A stretch of 64,000 nt of DNA. Origin: an uncultured Pseudomonadota bacterium. GTDB lineage: Bacteria; Myxococcota_A; Polyangia; Fen-1088. Positions 45,048-53,803 of this stretch are shown here, in pieces. Position 1 is the first letter of the stretch; each line of letters starts with the position of its first letter. The position numbers and the translations under genes are program-made. Below the pieces are notes generated by a model that did not search any database, was not told the origin of the DNA, and saw only the letters and a program-made list of their open reading frames with translations. The stretch lies in the NCBI GenBank assembly GCA_963723305.1, contig CAVRRT010000042.1, forward strand, positions 2,911 through 66,910. The letters run 5' to 3'.

Positions 45048-46589
45048 ATGCTGGCAGGCAGCGCGGCGCGCGCGCAGACGACGGCGGGCACGGGATTCGC
45101 AGTCGACCGCTTCGAGCCGGCGGGCGCCGGCAGTGACTGGTTCACCCTGGAATCGCTGGATTTTCGCGGCCGCGCGCGGCCCGCTTTCAACCTGGTGCTG
45201 GACGGCGCCTGGAAACCGTTGGTGGTCTACGACCAGAACGGCAACGCTGTCGCGTCCTTGCTCCGCGATCAGCTGGTGGCCCACGCCGGCGCCGCCGTCG
45301 TCTTGGCGAACCGCCTGCGGCTGGACGTGAACGTGCCGGTGGTCCTGTACCAACAAGGCACGGCGCTGGTCCTCAACAACCTCAGCTATGCCATTCCCCC
45401 GCACAGCGCGCTGGGTGACACGCGGTTCGGGGTCGACCTGCGGCTGTTCGGCGACGGGGGCGGGCGGTTCACCGGGGCAGTTGGCGTCCAGGTGTTCGCG
45501 CCGACGGGCGACGCGCCCGACTTCACCGGCGACGGAGGGTGGCGTGTGTGGCCGCGGGTGCTGCTGGCGGGCAACGTCGGAGAGTTCAGCTGGGCGGCCC
45601 GGCTCGGCTATCACATCCGGCCGACCTCCAAGTGCGACTGCTCGCTGGGGCCGGGCGACGAGCTGACCGCCGCGGTCGCCGCCGGCGTGCGTCCCTCGCC
45701 GCGGGTGCTGATCGGGCCGGAGCTCTATCTCAGCACCTCGCGCGCGCACTTCGCCGAAGCCGTCACGTCGCCGGTCGAGCTGCTGGTGGGCGCGCACTTC
45801 GGCGTCGCGCGCGGCTGGACGCTGAGCGTCGGCGCGGCGCCCGGCCTCACCGACGCCCCCGGCTCTCCGACGGTGCGCGCCCTCGTTGGGATGCAGTATG
45901 TCCCACCCGTCGAAGCCCCGCGCGTCGCGCCACGTCCCGTCGCCGCGCCCCCGCGCAAGCCCCCACCTGCACCTTCACCGCTGCCGCCCCCCCCACCTCC
46001 GCCACCCGACCAGGACGGCGACGGCATCGTCGACGCCGAGGACGCCTGCCCGACGGAGGCCGGCGAGAAGTCGGACGATCCCCAGAAGAACGGGTGTCCG
46101 CCGCCCAAGGACACCGACGGCGACGGCATCCTCGACGGTGAGGACGCCTGCCCGGCCGACCCCGGCCCGCACAGCGACGACCCGGCGCGCAACGGATGTC
46201 CGGTGGTGCGGATCGAAGGCGGACAAATCCGGATACGTGAGCAAGTGAAGTTCAAGACCGCCAGCTCGCAGATCCTGAAAGAGAGCGATTACATCCTACA
46301 GGCCGTCGTCAAGATCCTGGTCGATCACCCCGAGATCAAGAAGGTACGGGTGGAGGGTCACACCGACTCCCGTGGCAAACCCGGCTACAACAAGAAACTG
46401 AGCCAGCGCCGGGCGGCTTCGGTGGTGAAGTGGCTGGTCAAGCACGGCATCAGCAAGAAGAGCCTGACCAGCGCCGGCTATGGGCAGGAGCGGCCGATCG
46501 CGACCAACCAGACGGTCGAAGGCCGCCGGCAGAACCGCCGCAGCGAGCTCCACATCGTCGAGGGTCCGGGAGCCGAGGAGGAGCCATGA
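45048..46589 (+). CDS. OmpA-family protein with thrombospondin type-3 repeats (true start probably upstream and non-canonical)
   Basis: DQDGDGIVDAEDACP and DTDGDGILDGEDACP repeats. OmpA_C motif RVEGHTDSRGKPGYNKKLSQRRAASVVKWLVKHGI. The hydrophobic signal core LTTLVALGAAGLAMLAGSAARA straddles the only ATG. Confidence 0.85.
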   Translation: MLAGSAARAQTTAGTGFAVDRFEPAGAGSDWFTLESLDFRGRARPAFNLVLDGAWKPLVVYDQNGNAVASLLRDQLVAHAGAAVVLANRLRLDVNVPVVLYQQGTALVLNNLSYAIPPHSALGDTRFGVDLRLFGDGGGRFTGAVGVQVFAPTGDAPDFTGDGGWRVWPRVLLAGNVGEFSWAARLGYHIRPTSKCDCSLGPGDELTAAVAAGVRPSPRVLIGPELYLSTSRAHFAEAVTSPVELLVGAHFGVARGWTLSVGAAPGLTDAPGSPTVRALVGMQYVPPVEAPRVAPRPVAAPPRKPPPAPSPLPPPPPPPPDQDGDGIVDAEDACPTEAGEKSDDPQKNGCPPPKDTDGDGILDGEDACPADPGPHSDDPARNGCPVVRIEGGQIRIREQVKFKTASSQILKESDYILQAVVKILVDHPEIKKVRVEGHTDSRGKPGYNKKLSQRRAASVVKWLVKHGISKKSLTSAGYGQERPIATNQTVEGRRQNRRSELHIVEGPGAEEEP

Positions 46590-49500
46590 CGGGGATGCGG
46601 AGGGCCAGACGATTCACCCGGCGCGCGCTGCTGCCGGCGGTCCTGTTGCTGGCGTCGACAGCGCCGGCGCACGCGTCGGCGCTGCGCTACCAAGTCAACC
46701 AGAACGGCGATTTCGTGCTGCTGGGCAACACGCTGGGCTATGACTGCGGGCCGGGCGTTCCGGCGCCGGTGGTCGGCACCGTGGGCGCCTGCGGTACCAA
46801 TACGTCGGACACCGCCCCCGACGTATTCTGGCAGGCGGCGGACAGCGCCACGGCCAACGCCGACACCAGCGTGACCAACGCCAACGCGCGCAGCACCTCG
46901 ATGCTGGTGTTGCCGGCGGGGGCGGTCGTCACCTACGCGCGCCTTTATTGGAGCGCATCGTTCTCGGGTCCGGCCGACACCGCCGCGATCCTCGAGCGGC
47001 CCGGCACCGGCACCGACGCGTTCTCGACCACGGTCACCGCCGACCAGTCCTTCACCGCGACCTCCGCCACCGCCGTCAGCTACTACCAGTCCACCGCGGA
47101 CGTGACCGCGCTGGTGCAGGCCCACGGCGTCGGCGCGTACCGCGTGGGCGACGTGTCGGCCATGCCGCTGCTCAACCTGAACAACGACACGGTCTACGCG
47201 GCCTGGGCCATGGTGGTCCTCTATACCCTCACGACCGATCCGCCGCGCAACCTGACGATCTTCGACGGGCTGGATCTCATCAACTCGACCGGTCCGTCGG
47301 TGACGGACACGCTGTCCGGTTTCGTGGTGCCGAACGCCGGCTTCGACGCCAAGCTGGGCGCCGTTGCCTACGAGGGGGACGATCAGCTGCCCGGCGATTC
47401 GCTCTCCTGGAACGGTGTGGCGCTGTCGGATGCGCTCAACCCGGCGAACAACTTTTTCAACGGCACCCGATCGCGTCTGGGCGTCGCGGTCTCGAACCCG
47501 GGCGACCTGCCGCAGCTGACAGGCGGCGCCCGCAGCATGAGCGGGATCGACCTGGACGTCGTCGACCTCACCGCGCGCGTCTCGCAGGGGCAGACCAGCG
47601 CCACCATCACCGCTTCGACCGCGCAGGATTTTTACCTGCTGGGTCTGTTCGTCACCTCCATCTCGACCTACAAGCCCGACTTCAGCGGTGCGACCAAGAC
47701 CGTCACGGATCTGACCGCCCACCCGAATGGTGCGGTTCTGCCCGGCGACGTCATCCAGTACACGATCTCGGCCACCAACACCGGTAACGACGGTGCGACC
47801 AACGTCGTGCTGAACGACGCGCTCCCGGTCGGGTTGACGTTCGTCCCGGGGTCGATTCAGGTTGTGTCGGGCGCGAACGCCGGCACCAAGACCGACGCCA
47901 CCGGCGACGATCAGGGCGAGTACCCGTCCGGGTCCCGCACGGTCCGGGTTCGATTGGGCACCGGGGCCAACGGCACGACGGGCGGCACGATGGCGATCGG
48001 CGCGTCGGTGACCGTGGCCTTCCGGGTGACCGTGAACTCCTTGGTCAACGGGCTCATCGAGAACCAGGCCATCATCACCGCCTCGGGCGCAGCCGGCGCG
48101 CCGCCCGCTGACTACGTTTCGGACGGCAACGGCGGCGGGCCCGGCGCGCCGCCCACGCCCATCGTCGTCGACGGCTGCGCCAGCAACGCGGACTGCAGCG
48201 GGGCCACGCCGTATTGTCTGACCACCGCTTCGCCTCGGGTGTGCGTCGGCTGCCTCTCCGGCGCGAACTGCAGCGGCAACGCGCCGACCTGCGACACCGG
48301 GACCCATGCCTGCCGCGCCTGCGCGGGGGATAACGAGTGCGGAGGCGCGACCCCCGCCTGCGAGACGAGCGGCGCCTGCGGCCAGTGCTCCGCCTCCAAC
48401 ACCGCCTTGTGCGCGGGCGCGACGCCGGTCTGTGACGTGCCCATCACCACCTGCGTCGAGTGCGTGACGAGCGCGAACTGCGCCGCGCCCACCCCGGTCT
48501 GCAACGGGTCCACGAAGACCTGTGTCGGCTGTCTGAGCAACAGCGACTGCGGCGGCGCGACGCCGGTGTGCGATCCGGCAATGCTCGTCTGCCGCGGCTG
48601 CTCGAGCGACGGCGAGTGCGGCGGGAGCACGCCGGCCTGCCAGCCCAGCGGCGCCTGTGGCGTCTGCTCGGCGAGCAACGCCACCCAGTGCGTCGGTGCG
48701 ACGCCGGTGTGCGACCTCCCGGCCGGAACCTGCGTGCGCTGCGTGGCCAACGCGGACTGCAGCGGCGCGACGCCGATCTGCGACGGGGGAACATTCACCT
48801 GTCGCGGCTGCGGGGGCGACGGAGAATGCGGCGGGAGCACGCCGGCCTGCCAGCCGAGCGGGGCCTGCGGCATCTGCTCCGCGACGAACGCCTCGAAGTG
48901 CACCGGCTCGACGCCGGTGTGTGCGACCGCGACCGGGACTTGCCGCGGCTGCAGCGGCGACGGCGAATGCGGGGGGAACACACCGGCCTGCGAACCGAGC
49001 GGCGCCTGCGGGGTCTGCTCGGCAACGAACACCTCGAAGTGCAGCGGCTCGACGCTCGTCTGCAACACCGGCAGCGGAACCTGCGCCACGTGCGTGACCA
49101 ATGCGCAGTGCAACGGCGCGACGCCGGTCTGTAACATGAGCGGCGGGACCTGCCGCGGCTGCACGGGAGACGGCGAATGCGGGGGCGGCACCCCGGCCTG
49201 CCAGCCAGGCGGCGCCTGCGGCGTCTGCTCGGCGAGCAACGCCGTGATGTGCAGCGGCGCGACCCCCGTCTGCAACCCGACCAGCGGGACGTGCGTGACC
49301 TGTCTGACCAGCGCGCAGTGCACCGGCACCACGCCGGTGTGCAACCCGACCGCCGGGACCTGCCGCGGGTGCGCAGGCGACGGCGACTGCAGCGGCACGA
49401 CGGCGGCCTGTCAGCCGAGCGGCGCCTGCGGCGTCTGTTCGACGACCAACACCTCGATGTGCACGGGCACGACCCCCGTTTGCGCGACGGCGACCGGGAG

Positions 49501-50926
49501 CTGCCGCGGGTGCACGGCCGACGCCGACTGCGGCGGCGCGACGCCGGCCTGTCAGCCGAGCGGCGCGTGTGGTGTCTGCTCGACGAAGAACGCCAGTGCG
49601 TGCAAGGGGACGACCCCCGTCTGCGATGCCGGGACAGGCACCTGCCACGGTTGCACGGCGGACGCCCAGTGCGGCGGCGCGACGCCGGTTTGCCAGCCGA
49701 CCGGCGCTTGCGGGGCCTGCACGCCCGCCAACACCACGAGCTGCCCGGCGGCGCGCCCGCTCTGCGACACCTCGACCGGCGTCGGGGCCTGCGTCGGGTG
49801 CCGGACCGCCGCCGACTGCGGCGGCGTGATGCCAGTCTGCTCGACCACCACGCACACCTGCGGGCCCTGCACCAGCGACGGCGCTCCCAGTTGCCCCGAT
49901 CCGTCGAGCCCGGCCTGCCAGTCCTCCGGGCCGCTGGCCGGCGCCTGCACCGAGTGCTCGCCCACCAACTCCAGCCGTTGCAACGACGAGAAGCCGCAGT
50001 GTCTGCCCACGGGGCTGTGCGGTTGCGACGGGCCGGATGCCGATCCGCTCTGCGGCGGACCGATGTCCGGGATCATCTGCAGCGGTCCCAACGGCGTTTG
50101 CACGCCCGGCTGCGGCAGCGCCCCCCGCAACGACTGTCAGACGGGGTGGATGTGCACCGACATCATGAATGGGGCCGGGACCTGCACCACGTCCGGCGGC
50201 GGCTGCACGCTGGACGCCGACTGCCAGAGCCCGCTGCCCCGCTGCAACGTGGCCATGACCCCGGGCCGTTGCGTCCAGTGCCTGGCCGACGCCGATTGCC
50301 CGGCGCCGTTCGTCTGCGACCCCGCGTCGAACACGTGCACCGAATGCACCCCCACCGAGACGTCGGCCTGCGATCCCAATCTGGCGGGCGCCCGTTGTCT
50401 GACTGGCGGCCAGTGCGGCTGCACCGACGATACGGACTGCGGCGACGCGACCTCGGGCCGCGTGTGCGACACCAGCATCGGTCGCTGCGGGCCCGGTTGC
50501 CGCGGCATGGGCGGAAACAGCTGCCCGGTCTCACAGGTGTGCACGTCGACCACGACGGCGATCGGTGGTTGCGAGATCCCGCCGACCCCGGACGGCGGGG
50601 CCGACGGCGGAGGCGGGACGCACGGTGACGGCGGCATCGACGGTCCGGGCGCCCGCGACGGGTCGACGGCCGACGGCGCCACCGGTGTCGGCGGTGCGAG
50701 CGGCCAGGGAGACGGCGGCACCGGTGCGCGTGGCGGCGCCGGGGGCAAGGGCGGGACACGCGCAGACGGCGGTCAGGAACCCGACGGCTCCGCGATTCAC
50801 GTCGACGGTTACATCGCCGGCGGCGGCTGCCGCTGCGATGCCGCCGGCCCCGGCGCATTCCAGAGCCTGATCCCCCTTGTCGGCTTGCTCGTGCTGATCA
50901 CCCGCCGCAAACGCACGCGACCGTAG
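46586..50926 (+). CDS. giant surface protein: N-terminal beta-rich domain, DUF11-like domain, about 30 Cys-rich repeat units, MYXO-CTERM sorting tail
   Basis: ATGA overlap with the OmpA stop. Signal RRALLPAVLLLASTAPAHA. DUF11-like VLPGDVIQYTISATNTGNDGATNVVLNDALPVGLTFVPGS. Repeats CxxCxxxx(D/E)CxGxTPxC. C-terminus GGGCRCDAAGPGAFQSLIPLVGLLVLITRRKRTRP. Confidence 0.85.
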   Translation: MTGMRRARRFTRRALLPAVLLLASTAPAHASALRYQVNQNGDFVLLGNTLGYDCGPGVPAPVVGTVGACGTNTSDTAPDVFWQAADSATANADTSVTNANARSTSMLVLPAGAVVTYARLYWSASFSGPADTAAILERPGTGTDAFSTTVTADQSFTATSATAVSYYQSTADVTALVQAHGVGAYRVGDVSAMPLLNLNNDTVYAAWAMVVLYTLTTDPPRNLTIFDGLDLINSTGPSVTDTLSGFVVPNAGFDAKLGAVAYEGDDQLPGDSLSWNGVALSDALNPANNFFNGTRSRLGVAVSNPGDLPQLTGGARSMSGIDLDVVDLTARVSQGQTSATITASTAQDFYLLGLFVTSISTYKPDFSGATKTVTDLTAHPNGAVLPGDVIQYTISATNTGNDGATNVVLNDALPVGLTFVPGSIQVVSGANAGTKTDATGDDQGEYPSGSRTVRVRLGTGANGTTGGTMAIGASVTVAFRVTVNSLVNGLIENQAIITASGAAGAPPADYVSDGNGGGPGAPPTPIVVDGCASNADCSGATPYCLTTASPRVCVGCLSGANCSGNAPTCDTGTHACRACAGDNECGGATPACETSGACGQCSASNTALCAGATPVCDVPITTCVECVTSANCAAPTPVCNGSTKTCVGCLSNSDCGGATPVCDPAMLVCRGCSSDGECGGSTPACQPSGACGVCSASNATQCVGATPVCDLPAGTCVRCVANADCSGATPICDGGTFTCRGCGGDGECGGSTPACQPSGACGICSATNASKCTGSTPVCATATGTCRGCSGDGECGGNTPACEPSGACGVCSATNTSKCSGSTLVCNTGSGTCATCVTNAQCNGATPVCNMSGGTCRGCTGDGECGGGTPACQPGGACGVCSASNAVMCSGATPVCNPTSGTCVTCLTSAQCTGTTPVCNPTAGTCRGCAGDGDCSGTTAACQPSGACGVCSTTNTSMCTGTTPVCATATGSCRGCTADADCGGATPACQPSGACGVCSTKNASACKGTTPVCDAGTGTCHGCTADAQCGGATPVCQPTGACGACTPANTTSCPAARPLCDTSTGVGACVGCRTAADCGGVMPVCSTTTHTCGPCTSDGAPSCPDPSSPACQSSGPLAGACTECSPTNSSRCNDEKPQCLPTGLCGCDGPDADPLCGGPMSGIICSGPNGVCTPGCGSAPRNDCQTGWMCTDIMNGAGTCTTSGGGCTLDADCQSPLPRCNVAMTPGRCVQCLADADCPAPFVCDPASNTCTECTPTETSACDPNLAGARCLTGGQCGCTDDTDCGDATSGRVCDTSIGRCGPGCRGMGGNSCPVSQVCTSTTTAIGGCEIPPTPDGGADGGGGTHGDGGIDGPGARDGSTADGATGVGGASGQGDGGTGARGGAGGKGGTRADGGQEPDGSAIHVDGYIAGGGCRCDAAGPGAFQSLIPLVGLLVLITRRKRTRP
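48175..50575 (+). repeat. coding tandem repeat array (Cys-rich modules; 141-nt and 210-nt spacings between the most similar copies)
   Basis: Near-identical blocks GG(C/A)GA(G/A)TGCGG...ACGCCGGCCTGCCAGCC(C/G)AGCGG(C/G)GCCTG(T/C)GG start at 48611, 48821, 48962, 49171, 49381 and 49521. Confidence 0.8.
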
Positions 50927-51067
50927 CTGTTCCATGGCGCTGGTCGGCTCCGGCGCCACCCGAAGGTCGCATGTTCTTGTCGGCGCGGCCGGGGCTGAAG
51001 AGAGTACCGCTTCCACGGCTTGGTCGATTTCGGGAAGGTTTGAGGGCCCGCTCTCCCTTAGCGGGCC

Positions 51068-52511
51068 ATGAAGAGTCAGCTCGTAGTGGCGGTGATCTTC
51101 GCCTTGACCTTCGGCGCCTGTGCGAGCTCGGAAACGGGTGAGGTTGACGGGGGCTCTGGCGGCTCCCGAGAGACCGGGACAGGTGGATCGTCCATATCCG
51201 AAACCGGCGGTTCGACAGGAACCGGGGGCTTGAGTGGCACGGGGGGGTCCGTCGCTACCGGCGGAAACAGTGCCAGCGGTGGAACGACTGGGGCAGGGGG
51301 GGTGATCGGAACCGGTGGGGATCGTAGGCGAAGGTGGAAGCACAGCCAGCGGCGGAGCGAACGGAGAGGGTGGGTCCGGGGCTGGCGCTGGGGGGACCAA
51401 GGGCGCCGCTGGTGGTGGAGGCGGGGGTGGCGTGAACGGGACCGGTGGCACGAGTACGGGCGGAGCCACCGGAACCGGCGGAGTGAAGGCCACCGGAGGA
51501 ACCACCGGAATCGGAGGATCACCCGGAACGGGCGGCACGACGACGACATCTCCTTGCAGCGTCACGCCGGTCTCGCCCGGTTCATCGCCGCAGGCGCAGA
51601 AGCTGCTTTGCTACCTTTATAGCCAGTACGGCAATCACGTCTTGTCGGGCCAACAGGAAAGTAACTGGAACGCCGACCCCACGGACATTAGCTGGTACAA
51701 CACCAATATCGGGAAGTACCCGGCGATTGATGGGAGCGATTTCCTTTACACCAATGGTGCTTCCTGCACCTCCGTTACTGTTTCCACGACGCGTGCCATT
51801 GCATACTGGAACGCGGGCGGGCTGACCATGTTCCGCTACCACGTGGGCGAGCCTGTGGCCGGTTCCACCTGCGCGCAGGACTGCTACATGGGCACAAATT
51901 GTGCTGAGCCCACCACGGCAGCAGCAAGTAGCTTGCTTACCAACGCGATCACGGCGGGAACAGCGGAGAACACCGCCTGGAACAGCAGGCTTGACTACAT
52001 GGCGGTTCAAATTGGCGCCATGAAGGCCGCCAACGTGCCGATAATCTTGGCGCTTTTTCACGAAACGCAATCTAACGGATGGTTCTGGTGGGCCCAAGGC
52101 ACAGCCGCACAGTTCGTCGCCTTGTACAAATATTCGTTCAACTATCTCACCGTTACCAAGGGCCTCAACAATATCATTTGGCTGATGCCCTATAGCGGCA
52201 CTCCGGCTGCCTCCTTCTATCCCGGCGCGAGCGTGGTGGACATTGCCGGAGGGGATACCTACGGAACCAATCAACCATTTACCTCTCTCTACAGCAGCGT
52301 TAAAGGCATTGCGGGCAGCACGATGCCCCTCGCGCTGCACGAGACCGGGCTCATTCCCACTCCCAGCCAGATGTTCCCCACGGCGGCGCCGTGGATACTC
52401 TTCAATATCTGGGCGGGATATGAGACGTCGAACAATACCGTGGCGAATATCCAGAGCGTTTATTCTGACTCGCACCTCATCACGCGCGACCTGATTCCGA
52501 ATCTGAAATAG
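51068..52511 (+). pseudogene. GH26 (beta-mannanase-like) lipoprotein, frameshifted inside the Gly-rich linker (or sequencing error)
   Basis: Leader MKSQLVVAVIFALTFGAC plus linker in frame 2 (51068-51622). The catalytic domain is in frame 0 (51315-52511) with LFHETQSNGWFWW and LALHETG. Removing one G from GGGG at 51317-51320 fuses them. Confidence 0.75.
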
Positions 52512-52547
52512 TATTCGGTCCCCCGCATTCCATCCTCTCGGGATGTC

Positions 52548-53087
52548 ATGTCCAAGCCTGCGAAGATCGCAATCACCGTCCTGGCCGCTGGCGTGATCGC
52601 GCTTTCGGCTCTTCTTGTGGCGTTCGCCGTGCGCCACAAGCGATCGGTGCCTGCGCCGATCGAGACACAAGAGCCAATCATGGCAGCGCCCCCGGCTGCG
52701 CCCGGTGAGCCCGCCGCGAAGGTCCTGCCCCCATTACCCCCCGCTCTGTCGACGGGCCCCCGATTGCGCGTGGCAACCGAGCCAGCCGCTGACAAGCCCC
52801 TCGACGAGACATCGCTGATGACCAAGCTGCATGACCTGGCAGCGTCGGATCCGCCCCTGTCGCTGAGATTGGCGAAAGAAGCACTCGCTCGCTTTCCCGA
52901 CAGCCCCAACGCCCCCGAATTCAACTGGAATCTCGTTAAAGCCCTGTTCAACATGGGCCGTTTGGAGGAGGCACGGGAGGAAGCTCGAGTGATGGTCTCG
53001 AAGTACCCGGGCAACTACTTTGCCGGTGACGTCGACCACCACCTGCTGAACCATCCACCGAACCCCACGGACATTCCTAATCCATAA
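52548..53087 (+). CDS. membrane-anchored TPR-like protein
   Basis: TM IAITVLAAGVIALSALLVAFAV, a Pro-rich spacer and a helical C-terminal (LRLAKEALARFPDSPNAPEFNWNLVKALFNMGRLEEAREEARVMVSKYPG). Confidence 0.65.
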   Translation: MSKPAKIAITVLAAGVIALSALLVAFAVRHKRSVPAPIETQEPIMAAPPAAPGEPAAKVLPPLPPALSTGPRLRVATEPAADKPLDETSLMTKLHDLAASDPPLSLRLAKEALARFPDSPNAPEFNWNLVKALFNMGRLEEAREEARVMVSKYPGNYFAGDVDHHLLNHPPNPTDIPNP

Positions 53088-53182
53088 CTGTTTCCCCGAT
53101 GCGGAGGGGACTGAAACGCTTCGAGGGTCATCTTCGTCGCCGCCCTCTGCCGCGGCGATCGGGCGCATGTTACGCTCGTGCC

Positions 53183-53770
53183 GTGATTGGTCCTCGCTTC
53201 GGGTTGTCAGTCCTCATGTGGAGTCTACTGCCGACCTGTGGTGCGACGCCTCTGGTGTCTGACGGGATCTCGAAGGAACCGGTGGACGCCTCGTTCGCGC
53301 GGCGCGACGGCCCGGCTGCGCTCGCGGATGCGACGCCCTCTCGGTTTGACGCCGCGGTCGGGGCGGGGGACGGCGGTGGTTGCCAGTGTGTCCTGGGGGC
53401 GGATCTCGTACTCCGGATGTCTTGGGCCTGTTTCTGCGCGGTGTACGGCTGTTCGTTCTCTGAACAGGCTTTCTGCGACAGCAACGTCGGCTGGAGCAGC
53501 GGGTGCGGATTGGACGTGTACGCTGGCAACACCATCGGCGGGCTCGACGAGTGGGTATTCGACCATCAAAGCGGAGAGGTGGTCGGCGTCCAGCTCGTCA
53601 GGACCGACGGTGTCTTCCAGTGCCCGACCGATCCCACACTGCAATTCAGCGTGGTGGCAGCGGGAAGATTTCCGGACGCCGCGTGCACGCAGAGCCCAGC
53701 CTGCGGATGCACCGATGCGGGCCCTCCGTGCCCGGTACCGGATAGTGGTGTCTTATTCGTCCACCCGTGA
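53183..53770 (+). CDS. secreted Cys-rich hypothetical protein
   Basis: GTG start. Signal-like VIGPRFGLSVLMWSLLPTCGA. About 13 Cys. Confidence 0.55.
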   Translation: MIGPRFGLSVLMWSLLPTCGATPLVSDGISKEPVDASFARRDGPAALADATPSRFDAAVGAGDGGGCQCVLGADLVLRMSWACFCAVYGCSFSEQAFCDSNVGWSSGCGLDVYAGNTIGGLDEWVFDHQSGEVVGVQLVRTDGVFQCPTDPTLQFSVVAAGRFPDAACTQSPACGCTDAGPPCPVPDSGVLFVHP

Positions 53771-53803
53771 CGTAGCGCTGTCCCGGAAGGACAGTTCGAC
53801 GGG

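Noticed and set aside
46478-49855. 1125-aa minus-strand ORF, plus the 428-aa ORF at 48112-49398
   Set aside because: Both are antisense to the giant surface-protein gene. They are extremely Arg/Ala/Gly/Pro-rich with no motifs. This is the typical open wrong frame in high-GC repetitive DNA, and the plus-strand frame has signal, DUF11, Cys repeats and a sorting tail.
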